Source: a virus
Lineage: Duplodnaviria; Heunggongvirae; Uroviricota; Caudoviricetes
Reading direction: 5' to 3' (one strand)
Length of the DNA: 32,584 bases
Virus record (IMG/VR): IMGVR_UViG_2565956616_000004
The notes below the pieces were generated by a model. That model ran no database searches. It saw only the letters and a program-made list of their open reading frames with translations, and had not been told where the DNA came from. Both the position numbers and the translations under genes were made by a program. Position 1 is the first letter of the stretch. Every line of letters begins with the position of its first letter. Shown here one piece after another: positions 1 through 12,900 of the stretch.

Positions 1-131
1 TCATGATTCTCATTCTGAAGCGCCAGAGCACGGTTGAAAACGAAACGACAAGCTCCGGCAAAGCGCCTCATTTGACGCTCCTGTTGACCATCTGGTTTTA
101 ACCGGAATTTGAATGACACCTGTTGTTTCAT
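1..131 (-). mobile_element. tnpB: IS200/IS605-family TnpB (OrfB) N-terminal fragment; the CDS runs off the left edge of the window
   Basis: Reverse-complement of 1-131 begins with ATG (131-129) and translates to MKQQVSFKFRLKPDGQQERQMRRFAGACRFVFNRALALQNENH, matching the conserved TnpB N-terminal pattern (FKFRL.P, RF.GA.RFV.N.AL). Only 43 codons are visible. Confidence 0.6.
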
Positions 132-230
132 GTCACTATTTTAAGCAAAAATAGCCGGGAGGAAAACTGTGCCTTATATCCCCACTATGAGGAGCGTAGG
201 GGGCGGCACATTGGATAAGGCGTAACAGGG

Positions 231-3218
231 ATGAGCTTAAGCGATCAGGTGGTAATGGCCACCAGCATAGAAACGCTGATCGAGCTGCTAAAGAACCTGC
301 CCGATTATGGGCGGGTTTCGTATGTGGTGACAGCGAAGGGAGACGAGGTAAAAACAGCGTTTGATATCGTCGATGCCTCAGCTATTTTGGTATCCAATAC
401 TCTGGATGGGAAAATTAATCCTGACTATCCCCAGGAACTTCAGCCGCGCGACCGGACCCGCGCATCCAGCCTTCTTCAGGTTAACCAGATATCCAAAGAT
501 TTGCGGCCTGCTCAGCTTACTGATTCCGGTTTATCCAGCCATGGCGCGCCGATAATTGGTGAGGATAATGCCGTTGAGTCAGGTAATGGACGGACCATGG
601 GGATCATCAAAGCCTATCAGGACGGCAATGCGGATCGGTATCGTGAGTACCTGATTGATCATGCGACCGAATTCGGCATACGACCTGAAAAGGTTGAATC
701 AATGACGGCTCCGGTACTGGTGCGCCGCCGGTTAACTAAGGTTGACCGCGTTCAGTTTGCCAAGGACTCAAATATTTCTGATCTTCAGGAAATGGCAGCC
801 AGTGAAAAGGCTTTTGTTGATGCCGACAGCATAACACCGGCGATGATGGCGCTTTTTAACCCGTCAGAAAGCGGAGATCTGCTTAGCCGCAGTAATGACG
901 CGTTTATTCGCGGATTTATGACGCAAGTTGGTGCCACACAGGCGGCTGGCCTTGTAACTGAAGATGGGCGACCAACACGGCAACTTGTAGACCGTATACA
1001 AAACGCGATCTTTGCCAAGGCATATAAGGATGCGCGCCTGGTAAGGATGGTTGCAGAAGAACCTGATCCGGACATGCGTAATGTTCTGACGGCGCTTAAT
1101 GCGGCAGCCAATGATTTTGTCCAGATGCAGGCTTTATCAGGAGAAGCGCACAAGCAGGCTGTGACAACTATTGTTGATGGCATTGAGACAGCGGATAGCC
1201 TCGATAAAAAGGCGCTGGCGGCATTGAAAGATGCGGTAGACCTGGTAAGGCAATCGAAGGAGTCAGGCCAGCATATTACCGATGTTATTGCTCAGGGGGA
1301 TATGTTCAGCGAAACGGCCCCGGAAGTGAAAGCACTCGCGTTGTTCATCGTCGCGAATAACCGTAGCGCGAAGCGTATGGCCTCCGCCTTTAAGTTGATG
1401 GCTCAACGTATCAATGATGAGTTACAGCACCAGGGCCAGGCGCTGGGGGATATGTTTGGCGGTGGTGATGTGTCGTTACAGGATATCCTTCGCCAGGTGT
1501 CTCAGGAACTGGAAAACGAAGGCATGCAAGGGATATCCGGCGGTCTTTTCGAGTCCGTTTCCGGCGGTAGTTACAATGGTGTTGCTCCATATACCAGTTT
1601 GCTATTACATCGGGCATCCGGCATCAAAGACATTATTCATCTGATCAGGCTGCTTTCCCGTACAGATCCCCAGGATGAACAGCTTGTACAAGTGCTTGCG
1701 CATTTTGTTCGAATGCCTGTTGCCGACGTGAATAAATGGTGCCGATTATTCGGTATCAGCAATTCGTTACTTCGCGGATTGTTAAATCACGCATCCTCCC
1801 TTGGGCGCGACGGCTTTGATGAGATAGCGCAGGCGATACAAAACGGAGATATGCCACCAGCTATTGACTGGTTTTCCATTCGCCCAACCAGGGTGAAAGC
1901 ATTCCTTAGCGCGGCGCATTCGGCATCACCATTGGCAGAAATGGTTCAGAGGTTGTCGCTCATATTCACAGACCATACCGCGTTGGGTGATCTGACTCTG
2001 GACGAGATGAAAGAAGCCTCCATTCAGTGGGCCGATCAACAAAATGAGGTTAACTCAGACTTCTTGCCAGCATTCAGGAAGGCCGTTAGTAAAGCGGATG
2101 ATGCCCGTGGAATTCTGAAGGCATTTAAGGCATTGCAAAGTCGTGTTAATAAACATGTCGGTGATATCGATGGGGTAACGGCGGAAGGCCGGGATATCCT
2201 TAAAGAGCACGGCATAACGCCAGAGTATATTGATGAGATCAGGACTGATATGCAGCGTGAGGTCGTATCGTCCCTGCAAATCGTAGCCAGAGCGTTGGCG
2301 GATGCTAATCCGAAGAGTGCGGCCATTGTTAACCGGGTTATTGGTGACATTGAAGCATCGGAGGGCATGGGGGCGCTGAAACTCTTCCTTTCGCGAGCGT
2401 TTAATCCTAACGGCAATATTCTCCCTGGCATTATTGGTGAGGCTAAAAAGTATGTCAGTGAAGAAGAACTTGAGCAGCTTGACCAACTACTTAAGCGATT
2501 CTCATATAACCCGCAGACACGCTGGCAAATGAATCAGCGAAGTATGGGTTCGGTCCACGAGAAAGTGTTATCTGCCATGAACAGTGCGATCGCAAACTCA
2601 TCCGTATCTGAAGAAAAAGCTCTTGAGTGGGCCGACTCTTTTATCACAGAAGAAGTGGAAGAAGCCCGCGCTGGACAGAATGGTGGGATAGACCTGCGCA
2701 AGGAACTTGCTGATATTTATCGCCTGACCGGCGGTAAAATTTCGACCTTAACAAAGGTGGTTCACCACCAGGGAAGGGCATATGCAAATCTTAATGGTGT
2801 TGTTGCTGTCAATTTGAACGATGAAAATGCAAGTGCACTGTGGCACGAGCTGGGTCATCATCTTGAGTACAGTAACCCTGGTTTGTTAGAGAAAGCCCGG
2901 TCATTCCTGAAGGCCAATGTTGAAGGGGATAAGCCATCTTTCGTTAATATCGGTGGGCGTGGCAAGCCTGAATGGTGCTTCAGATCTCGATTGAGTAATA
3001 TTTATATGGCGAAGGTATACCCGCCAGCCTCAGTGAGTAATTCCGGGAAAATTCGGCAGAAATCACCGACTATTTCCAAAACGTCAGCAACGGAAGTATT
3101 CTCTATGGCTCTTCAGTTGTATCATGACAAAGAGGCCGCTGCCGCATCACTGATGAATGGTGACGGATTGCTGGAACTGTTATTAGGTGTGGCAAAGGAG
3201 CTAAATAATGCAGATTAA
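231..3218 (+). CDS. Large (995 aa) phage protein with an HExxH zinc-metallopeptidase-like motif; by position possibly the DdrB-like last large gene of a Dar antirestriction operon
   Basis: ATG at 231 follows an in-frame stop at 222-224. The uninterrupted 995-codon ORF contains WHELGHHLEY, with HELGH encoded at 2844-2858. The product name is tentative and based on size and context, not a recognised sequence. Confidence 0.55.
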   Translation: MSLSDQVVMATSIETLIELLKNLPDYGRVSYVVTAKGDEVKTAFDIVDASAILVSNTLDGKINPDYPQELQPRDRTRASSLLQVNQISKDLRPAQLTDSGLSSHGAPIIGEDNAVESGNGRTMGIIKAYQDGNADRYREYLIDHATEFGIRPEKVESMTAPVLVRRRLTKVDRVQFAKDSNISDLQEMAASEKAFVDADSITPAMMALFNPSESGDLLSRSNDAFIRGFMTQVGATQAAGLVTEDGRPTRQLVDRIQNAIFAKAYKDARLVRMVAEEPDPDMRNVLTALNAAANDFVQMQALSGEAHKQAVTTIVDGIETADSLDKKALAALKDAVDLVRQSKESGQHITDVIAQGDMFSETAPEVKALALFIVANNRSAKRMASAFKLMAQRINDELQHQGQALGDMFGGGDVSLQDILRQVSQELENEGMQGISGGLFESVSGGSYNGVAPYTSLLLHRASGIKDIIHLIRLLSRTDPQDEQLVQVLAHFVRMPVADVNKWCRLFGISNSLLRGLLNHASSLGRDGFDEIAQAIQNGDMPPAIDWFSIRPTRVKAFLSAAHSASPLAEMVQRLSLIFTDHTALGDLTLDEMKEASIQWADQQNEVNSDFLPAFRKAVSKADDARGILKAFKALQSRVNKHVGDIDGVTAEGRDILKEHGITPEYIDEIRTDMQREVVSSLQIVARALADANPKSAAIVNRVIGDIEASEGMGALKLFLSRAFNPNGNILPGIIGEAKKYVSEEELEQLDQLLKRFSYNPQTRWQMNQRSMGSVHEKVLSAMNSAIANSSVSEEKALEWADSFITEEVEEARAGQNGGIDLRKELADIYRLTGGKISTLTKVVHHQGRAYANLNGVVAVNLNDENASALWHELGHHLEYSNPGLLEKARSFLKANVEGDKPSFVNIGGRGKPEWCFRSRLSNIYMAKVYPPASVSNSGKIRQKSPTISKTSATEVFSMALQLYHDKEAAAASLMNGDGLLELLLGVAKELNNAD

Positions 3219-3519
3219 AATCGCAGCGCCATTAGGCGGAGATGCCATTATCGAATTTGATGATAATGAAGAAGTTTCCGGGCGTTTAAGCATTATCTCC
3301 GGTGACATTACCGAGGACATGATCGCTGAAGCCATAGCTGGGGCAAATCCCAATAGCTATATGGGATTCGTTAACACCCTTGATGCTCCCGCAAGTGATG
3401 TTCTCCGAACGCTGCATCTTTACGCTGGCTGGTTTGTTGATTGGCCAGCAGTAGATGGTGGCGATGAGGACGACGACGACGATGATTTTGGTGATCATGT
3501 AGACCAGATCGTATATTGA
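3208..3519 (+). CDS. Small protein (103 aa) with a poly-acidic C-terminus (DGGDEDDDDDDFGD), function unknown
   Basis: ORF overlaps the stop of the upstream 995-aa gene by 11 nt and is followed immediately by a terminator hairpin. Confidence 0.5.
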   Translation: MQIKIAAPLGGDAIIEFDDNEEVSGRLSIISGDITEDMIAEAIAGANPNSYMGFVNTLDAPASDVLRTLHLYAGWFVDWPAVDGGDEDDDDDDFGDHVDQIVY

Positions 3520-3520
3520 A

Positions 3521-3548
3521 GAAATCCCGCCAATTGGCGGGATTTTTA
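3521..3548. terminator. Bidirectional intrinsic terminator between convergent genes
   Basis: Perfect stem aaatcccgcc / ggcgggattt with loop aatt (3522-3545), followed by a T-run on the plus strand and a U-rich tract on the minus strand. It lies between stop codons at 3517-3519 (+) and 3551-3553 (-). Confidence 0.7.
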
Positions 3549-3550
3549 CC

Positions 3551-4645
3551 TCACGAGAAACTCTTTTCTGATGTCAGCCAACAGTGCTCGTGCATATCTC
3601 TTGGTGGTTTTTCGACAAATGCCTCTTCAGCCACATCCTGCCAGGGGATTTGTTTAGCCCATTCAGTTATAGCGTTATGGTTTGCCGAGAATAACGGTAT
3701 TGTATAGGCCTTCAGCCAGTCTAATGTGCTGGAGTTGTGTTTTTGAGCGTGATGTTTCGCATGGTGTTTGGCGATCACGATCGTAGGCACTACCCATTTA
3801 CTACCGTCAGTCATTGTGAAGTGCATATTACGGGGAACAGATGACTTTTCCATCAACTCCCGAATCCCGGGGAATTTCCCCAAGATCAATCGGCGATATT
3901 CATCGCTATTGCGCCCACCAAACTCTTTGGCTTTGAATTCAAGATATGCTTCAGAAACGAGAGGTGAATCCTCTGTGTTTAGAGTTATCGCCGTGAAAAA
4001 ACCAGCAGGATTGTTTTTACTATGGGCCAACCGGTGATGCGAATCATAAAAGTACCCTTTCTCGCGTTCCGATGGTTTCGACAGCAACAGCAGGCGCGAG
4101 TCATAATTGGTTAAATTGCCAGTTATCACTGCATGAGCGCGATCGCTGATTTCCGCCGAGTTAATAACGATGAAAAGATCGTGCGGTCCAGTAAAACCAG
4201 CCAGAGACTCTTCGTTATTCAGACAATAGGTTATATAGACGCATCCCCATGTTTCACTGATATGCACCAACCCTTTGTCAGGGTGTATTCTGAAATAATT
4301 GCCAAGAAAAGGGTGTTTTTGGGTAACTCGCTCCCAATAACGGAACATATAGTCAATTATTGTTTTTCGACAATCGTTAATCGCAGGAGAAACAACCACT
4401 GTACGGGAACACGAATACAGTATTGTTTGCAGGATGCTAATCACTGCCACAATAGAGGTTTCCCCAATACCATGTGGTGTGGTGGCAGTGATTTTGGCTC
4501 CGGTGTTCTTTATCGCGTTAATAATTTTTGCTTGATGAGGTGTTAACTCAATGTCAAGCAACTCTTTTGCTGCCAGTTCCCAATTGTCTTTATACCGTTC
4601 TATCAGTGCTAACCAGGCAGATTCATTCTGTATACGATTAATCAC
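3551..4645 (-). CDS. PacB-like terminase large-subunit ATPase-domain paralogue (364 aa) with degenerate Walker A and B motifs and no nuclease domain
   Basis: Clear colinear similarity to the PacB encoded at 23848-25332 (for example GYFYDSHHRLA vs [25 protein letters not shown] vs [14 protein letters not shown]). Walker A is HGIGETS vs GHGTGKS in PacB (K to E); Walker B is LFIVINSAEI vs [10 protein letters not shown] (DE to NS). Confidence 0.65.
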   Translation of the reverse strand: MINRIQNESAWLALIERYKDNWELAAKELLDIELTPHQAKIINAIKNTGAKITATTPHGIGETSIVAVISILQTILYSCSRTVVVSPAINDCRKTIIDYMFRYWERVTQKHPFLGNYFRIHPDKGLVHISETWGCVYITYCLNNEESLAGFTGPHDLFIVINSAEISDRAHAVITGNLTNYDSRLLLLSKPSEREKGYFYDSHHRLAHSKNNPAGFFTAITLNTEDSPLVSEAYLEFKAKEFGGRNSDEYRRLILGKFPGIRELMEKSSVPRNMHFTMTDGSKWVVPTIVIAKHHAKHHAQKHNSSTLDWLKAYTIPLFSANHNAITEWAKQIPWQDVAEEAFVEKPPRDMHEHCWLTSEKSFS

Positions 4646-5426
4646 TTTCCACCTCTTCCGTGGTGTTTTCTTGCAGTTCTGTTAATGCAGCACGACATAG
4701 GTTCCGGGCATTGGCTATAGCCACACTTTTGACTTCATCCGTCATCGTGCAGGTAATGTACTGATCGAGTTCTTCAGCGCGGATGATGCTTTTGCCAATC
4801 AGAAACTGTATTTGCCATAGCAGATCGGCATCCATAATCAGAATTTCTGCCGGGCCTTCAGGGCCAGCCGGGAAGGAAACATAAGACTGTTTGCCCAGGC
4901 CGACAACTCGACAACTTGCTTCAAGAATTGCGCGCTTGAGGTCTGACTTTATAACGGAAACAGGTTGATTTTCACCAGTGATTACGCCGTTGACATGGAA
5001 AGGCATGTAGCTTGAAATACGCTCTACTTTCCACACGCCAGCAAGCGATCCTTCATGCAGCACAATGGGGGTAACCGCGAGTTTCATCTCACCATATAAC
5101 TGCTGGCAGATAGCTGGATTGCTGAATACATCTAAAGGCTCACATTCAAACAGCGGCGCAATCTGCATGAGGTCCATCATGGTCATCCCTGGGGTACGAG
5201 CAGTAATGAATTTGCGCATACCAGTATCCATTGCGCTCCAGATTGCTACACCATGCTTTTTGCTCACTTCTTCAGTAAAGCCAAGGTGGCACATGATGGT
5301 TTTTTCGATAGCCAGATCAGAGATAGAAACCTTTTCGCCAGGTACTCCATCATTATTGATGGTCACTTCGACACTCTGGCCATTACGTAGGCGGTATTGA
5401 ATGGTTTTAGTATTTTGTGCTGTCAT
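4638..5426 (-). CDS. Hypothetical protein (262 aa)
   Basis: ORF taken from the internal ATG at 5426 (MTAQNTK...) rather than the longer track ORF; it overlaps the start of the downstream PacB-like gene by 8 nt. No recognisable motifs. Confidence 0.5.
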   Translation of the reverse strand: MTAQNTKTIQYRLRNGQSVEVTINNDGVPGEKVSISDLAIEKTIMCHLGFTEEVSKKHGVAIWSAMDTGMRKFITARTPGMTMMDLMQIAPLFECEPLDVFSNPAICQQLYGEMKLAVTPIVLHEGSLAGVWKVERISSYMPFHVNGVITGENQPVSVIKSDLKRAILEASCRVVGLGKQSYVSFPAGPEGPAEILIMDADLLWQIQFLIGKSIIRAEELDQYITCTMTDEVKSVAIANARNLCRAALTELQENTTEEVESD

Positions 5427-5440
5427 AGTCTTTTCTCTGC

Positions 5441-5623
5441 TTAAAAACTGATGTATTGCGTCTTCAGGTGGGTTAGGAATGTTTTCCCACCAGCGAAAGC
5501 AATATCTCGTGGTGTTCTGTTCGTTAAAAACGCGTGCCATTGCCAACTTTGGCGTTTTTTAGCGAGTTCGTGCTTTTGTTGGCGTTTGGACCACCGCTTT
5601 TCTTTCAGTCGTTTTTTACTCAT
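5441..5623 (-). CDS. Small highly basic protein (60 aa), function unknown
   Basis: ATG at 5623 lies just downstream of the ssb stop on the same strand; Lys/Arg-rich sequence; weak Shine-Dalgarno. Confidence 0.35.
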   Translation of the reverse strand: MSKKRLKEKRWSKRQQKHELAKKRQSWQWHAFLTNRTPRDIAFAGGKTFLTHLKTQYISF

Positions 5624-5628
5624 AAACT

Positions 5629-6117
5629 CTAAAACGGAATATCGTCTTCAAAGTCCATTGGAGGTTCGTTATTGGCGCTGCTCTGAGGTTTGCCGCCACC
5701 GCTGTATTGCTGGTGGTTTTGAGGTTGGTTTGACTGCCCCCAGCCATTTGAGGACTGTGAATCGTCGCGGCGAGTGCCGATCATTTGCATGGTGCCGCCC
5801 TGGCTGACGATAATTTCCGTCGTGTAACGTTCTACACCGGCGTCATCAGTCCACTTACGGGTTTTAAGTTTCCCTTCGATGTAGACCTGAGAACCTTTTC
5901 GTAAATACTCACTCGCAATTTCAGCAAGTTTTCCGAACAAAACGACTTTATGCCATTCTGTTTGCTCTTTCTGTTGGCCCGTTTGCTTATCGCGCCATGA
6001 TTCATTCGTTGCGATGCTGAGTCTTCCGACTGCGCCGCCATTTGGTATATACCTGATCTCCGGGTCTTGCCCCAGGGTACCAATCAGGATGACTTTGTTT
6101 ACACCGCGTTGTGCCAC
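5629..6117 (-). CDS. ssb: Single-stranded DNA-binding protein
   Basis: 162 aa; N-terminal OB-fold consensus ([20 protein letters not shown]), Gly/Gln-rich linker and the acidic C-terminal tail DFEDDIPF. The start appears to be GTG. Confidence 0.9.
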   Translation of the reverse strand: MAQRGVNKVILIGTLGQDPEIRYIPNGGAVGRLSIATNESWRDKQTGQQKEQTEWHKVVLFGKLAEIASEYLRKGSQVYIEGKLKTRKWTDDAGVERYTTEIIVSQGGTMQMIGTRRDDSQSSNGWGQSNQPQNHQQYSGGGKPQSSANNEPPMDFEDDIPF

Positions 6118-6136
6118 TTTTCTTACCTAATAAAAT

Positions 6137-6153
6137 AAATTAATTAGAGCAAT
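6137..6153 (-). promoter_or_regulatory. C1 repressor operator-like 17-mer upstream of ssb
   Basis: Minus-strand sequence ATTGCTCTAATTAATTT, one mismatch from the P1 C1 operator consensus ATTGCTCTAATAAATTT as I recall it. Confidence 0.55.
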
Positions 6154-6286
6154 AATGTATATCTTTGAAACGTGGCTAACAAGTGATTTGCATTATCCTG
6201 TGCCTTCTAAAGGGATCGAGTCAGTCGGTATTGGCTGTGAATGAGTGTTTGTCCTGGAGCGTAAAAAATTCGCTTATGAGGTCTTT

Positions 6287-6844
6287 ATGAAGGGAAAAAC
6301 AGCCGCAGGAGGCGGTGCAATTTGCGCTATCGCGGTGATGATTACCATCGTGATGGGTAATGGCAATGTGCGAACCAACCAGGCGGGGCTTGATCTGATT
6401 GGTAACGCTGAAGGTTGCCGACGTGATCCATACATGTGCCCGGCGGGGGTATGGACTGACGGGATCGGTAATACACACGGGGTAACGCCGGGTGTGCGAA
6501 AAACCGACCAGCAAATCGCCGCTGATTGGGAAAAGAATATCCTGATCGCTGAACGCTGTATTAATCAGCACTTCCGGGGCAAAGACATGCCCGATAATGC
6601 CTTCAGTGCAATGACAAGCGCGGCATTCAATATGGGATGCAATAGCTTACGGACCTACTACAGCAAAGCGCGAGGCATGCGAGTAGAAACGTCCATCCAC
6701 AAGTGGGCGCAGAAAGGGGAATGGGTGAATATGTGTAACCATCTCCCTGATTTCGTGAACAGTAACGGCGTGCCCCTGCGAGGTTTAAAGATTCGCCGTG
6801 AAAAAGAACGCCAGCTTTGCCTGACGGGGCTTGTCAATGAATAA
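6287..6844 (+). CDS. lyz: SAR-type endolysin (T4-lysozyme fold)
   Basis: From ATG 6287 with a GAGG Shine-Dalgarno. N-terminal Gly/Ala-rich weakly hydrophobic segment (GGGAICAIAVMITIVMG) followed by an E-x8-D-x5-T catalytic triad pattern (NAEGCRRDPYMCPAGVWTDG). Confidence 0.8.
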   Translation: MKGKTAAGGGAICAIAVMITIVMGNGNVRTNQAGLDLIGNAEGCRRDPYMCPAGVWTDGIGNTHGVTPGVRKTDQQIAADWEKNILIAERCINQHFRGKDMPDNAFSAMTSAAFNMGCNSLRTYYSKARGMRVETSIHKWAQKGEWVNMCNHLPDFVNSNGVPLRGLKIRREKERQLCLTGLVNE

Positions 6845-7091
6845 ACTCCGGCAGCTCCGCCGACTTTCGACAATGAAGTTATCGCTGGCGGCGATAGTTT
6901 TTGACTCGATTTTCATGGCGGTATATGTGCTCAATGAGACGTGGCCACTGGAACCGCTATTGTATGCCGGGCTTCGGCTGTGCCTGACATTTTTGAGCAT
7001 GGCTGCGAGATTGATGCAGCAGAAAGAAACCGCTTCAGATTGTCCACGCCGCGCGGTGCGCAAATATATGGCACGAAGGCGAAGGCGATAA
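6837..7091 (+). CDS. Small hydrophobic membrane protein, possibly lysis-associated
   Basis: ATG at 6837 overlaps the lyz stop (ATGAATAA); the product has predicted hydrophobic segments and an Arg-rich tail. No family recognised. Confidence 0.4.
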   Translation: MNKLRQLRRLSTMKLSLAAIVFDSIFMAVYVLNETWPLEPLLYAGLRLCLTFLSMAARLMQQKETASDCPRRAVRKYMARRRRR

Positions 7092-7102
7092 TAGTTAACG
7101 AG

Positions 7103-7130
7103 AACCCCGGCAGCTGCCGGGGTTATTTTT
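7103..7130 (+). terminator. Intrinsic terminator after the lysis genes
   Basis: Palindrome ccccggcag/ctgccgggg (7105-7122) followed by ttattttt. Confidence 0.6.
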
Positions 7131-7135
7131 GGTGG

Positions 7136-9866
<2,731 letters not shown>

Positions 9867-9933
9867 TTAATTAGAATAATTCGCATCGTGTTTGAACGGA
9901 AATTTAACACTAGTCACTTGTTAAGGATTACCA

Positions 9934-12900
9934 ATGAACAAGCTATCTATGGGGGTGTTTCGCTGTTCAAGTGTCAGCGAAATATTGAAATACATTAGGG
10001 CAATAACATCTCACCGAGCGCCGATTAAATACGGCGTGGAAAAGGTGGAAGGCAAAAGCTATGACCGACTGCGCCGTGAGGCGAATCAGAAGGCGATAGA
10101 TTTGCTTAATTCGCTGGTGGACGGCGCGACACTGACAGATGAACAGCGCCAGATCCTGGCTGGGTACACCGGTGAAGGCGGCATTGGCGGGTCCGTCTCC
10201 GAATATTACACACCAAAGCCGATCGCTGAAGGTGTCTGGGAGATCATGAAGCTCTACGGCGCGGACGTAGGTAACACTCTGGAACCATCGGCGGGAACCG
10301 GCGTTTTTAATGAGACAAAACCGGTTGGTACGGTGATGACCGCGACTGAGATCAGCAGTGTTTCCGGTCGTATAAACCAGCTGTTGCACCCGGAAGACAG
10401 CGTACAGATTTCTCCGTTCGAACAACTGGCTGTAAGCACGCCTAACGATTCATTCGACCATGTTGTGGGTAACGTTCCGTTCGGTGGTCGTGATAACACA
10501 CGCAACATCGATAAGCCTTACGCAGAAGAAACGGACATGGGTTCTTACTTCATGCTCCGCATGCTGGACAAGATAAAGCCAGGCGGATTCATGTGCGTGA
10601 TTGTGCCGCCGTCCATTGTTTCAGGTTCAAACATGAAGCGGTTACGCCTGCGCCTATCACGGAAAGCTGAATTTCTTGGTGCCCACCGCTTGCCTACCGG
10701 TACTTTTGACGCAAACGGGACCAGTACAGTTGTTGATGTGGTGCTGATGCGCAAACATCCGGCAGAGATGGCTGAGAAAATCCCCCTGGTGGATGAAAGC
10801 ACTCTCGAATCGGCAAATGTGCTTTGGCCAACGTTTATTTCTGGCAAGTGGTTTGAAAAGGACGGCCGCCGGTTTGTTCATGGCACCCAGGAAAAGGGCT
10901 TCCAGGGGCGTATTGAGGTTCGTGCCGACGGTCAGATTGATAACCAGGCTCTTAAAGCGAAGCTGATTCATCGTTTCGAAAGCCGTATCGACTGGTCTTT
11001 GCTCGATATGGCTGAACCGTCACCGACCGCAGACGTTGTTGGTGAAGGGGAAATGCGCCTGATTAATGGCGTATGGCAAAAATATGCTGGTGGTCGCTGG
11101 ATTGAAGCTGATGCCGGGAAGGAACTTAAGATCGATGCTGCCAGTTATGGCGCGGATAGCTGGGAGGCTCTTCAGCGTAACCTGACTACAACAGAAGGCC
11201 GTCTCGGCATGACATTTACCCAGATGGCAAATGTCCGCGATAAGTACACCACATCAATCAGCGACGATATGGTGCAGCTGGTGGACTGGATTAACAGCCA
11301 GCCTGAAAAATACCGTGAACGCTTGTATCGCGGGGCGATGATTGGCCGGATGTTAATTGAATATCAGGACATGAAGGCCGCCGGGCATAGTGCTGAACAA
11401 ATCGAACAGCAGCGCCTTTCTCTGGTATCCCGTTTGCAGGCAGAGATTGACCGTTTTGGTAACCCCGGTCGCGGTCCGATAGCGAAATTGTCGGGGAGCG
11501 GTGCGCGCGCCTGGTTTGCTTTCCGTGGTGCAATTAAGCTGGATGGCACTATTTCTGACGAGCTGACAGGGAAGCTGGTTACGCATGATTCCAGCGCAAG
11601 TTATGACTCCACCAGCTATCAGGACACCCTGCGTTATCTCTATAGCGATCTCACCCGCGATCCAATCCAGCTCGATGATTTCCGCCTTGCGTTTACCGGC
11701 GAACTGCCAGCCAGTGATGAAGAGTTGCTTAATTTATTGGCCAGCACCCCTGGTATTGCGGTTTCACCGTATGGCGGGATTGTTCCGTTCGCCCGCGCCA
11801 CCAGCGGCGACATTAACGAGATAGTGGCTCCAAAACAGGAATTCCTCGCCACACTCCCCGACGGTCCAGTAAAGAACAACGTCCTTAATCAGCTGGCAGC
11901 TATCGAAGAGAAGCGCATCAAGACGCCAGCAGAGAATATCCGGTTTAAGCTCAATAGCCGTTGGTTCGACCGTTCCGTCATTCTGGAATTTTTGCAGGAA
12001 AACGGCTATCCGGATCTGCGCTATGTGCAGTCAGTGCAGCTGGAAGGCGACGAAATGGTTTCTGACACCTATCACGGTGGTGATGGTCTGTTCGTCGGGC
12101 ACCGATACGGTGTCGTCCAGCGCAAGGATAAAGAAACAGGTGAGATTCGCTACGAGTGGGACCGTAAATCAGGTGAAAACGCGACCGGGTTCCCGGCACA
12201 GCTGGAAAAGTATCTCAATGGTGCGCGTATCGGTGGCAAAGATAGCGCGACGGCGAACGGCTACCGCGAGCAGATGGCACTGCTTGAGGACCAGTTCAAT
12301 AAGTGGATCAAGACGCACGATCGCTACGATGAGCTGGTTGCCAAATACAACGATGTGTTCAATAGCAATATCCCGTATGAACACTCTGGCGATCCGCTTG
12401 GGTTGAAGGGATTAAGCGGTAAGCGCCAGCCATTTGATTACCAGAATAGCGAGGTGCGCCGACTGTCCGAAGATGGGCGCGGCATCCTGGGCTTCGGCAC
12501 CGGGCTGGGTAAAACCACGACCGCGCTGGCGCTTGAGGCGTTCAACTATGAGAACGGTCGCTCCACCCGTACTGCGTATGTAGTGCCTAAATCAGTGCTG
12601 GAAAACTGGTATTACGAAGCAAAAGAATTCCTGAGTGAAGAGGCATTCAGTAACTACCTGTTCGTCGGTCTTGATGTGCTGATGGATGGCGATCAGATTC
12701 GCCAGGTGCAGGTGCTCGATGAGAACGGTAAACCTGTTCTTGGTACTGATGGCACTCCAGTTATGCGCGATGCTCTTAAGCTGGCAGATGAAGCCACTAT
12801 CACGGCGCGGATGAACGCGATCCCGCACTCAAATTACCGTGCAGTCGTGTTTACCAAAGAACAATACGCCCGCATTCCGCTACGTGATGACACCGTAGAT

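Noticed and set aside
361-3498. Short ORFs overlapping the 995-aa gene and its neighbour (for example 361-555, 785-1183, 2036-2486, 3286-3498)
   Set aside because: Embedded in or antisense to longer, better-supported coding frames; no independent signals.
9900-9925. P1 late (Lpa-dependent) promoter calls, for example the AACACTAGTCACTTGTT element upstream of darB and similar CACT-containing motifs upstream of lyz
   Set aside because: I cannot recall the late-promoter consensus precisely enough to make a defensible call; noted only as recurring motifs.
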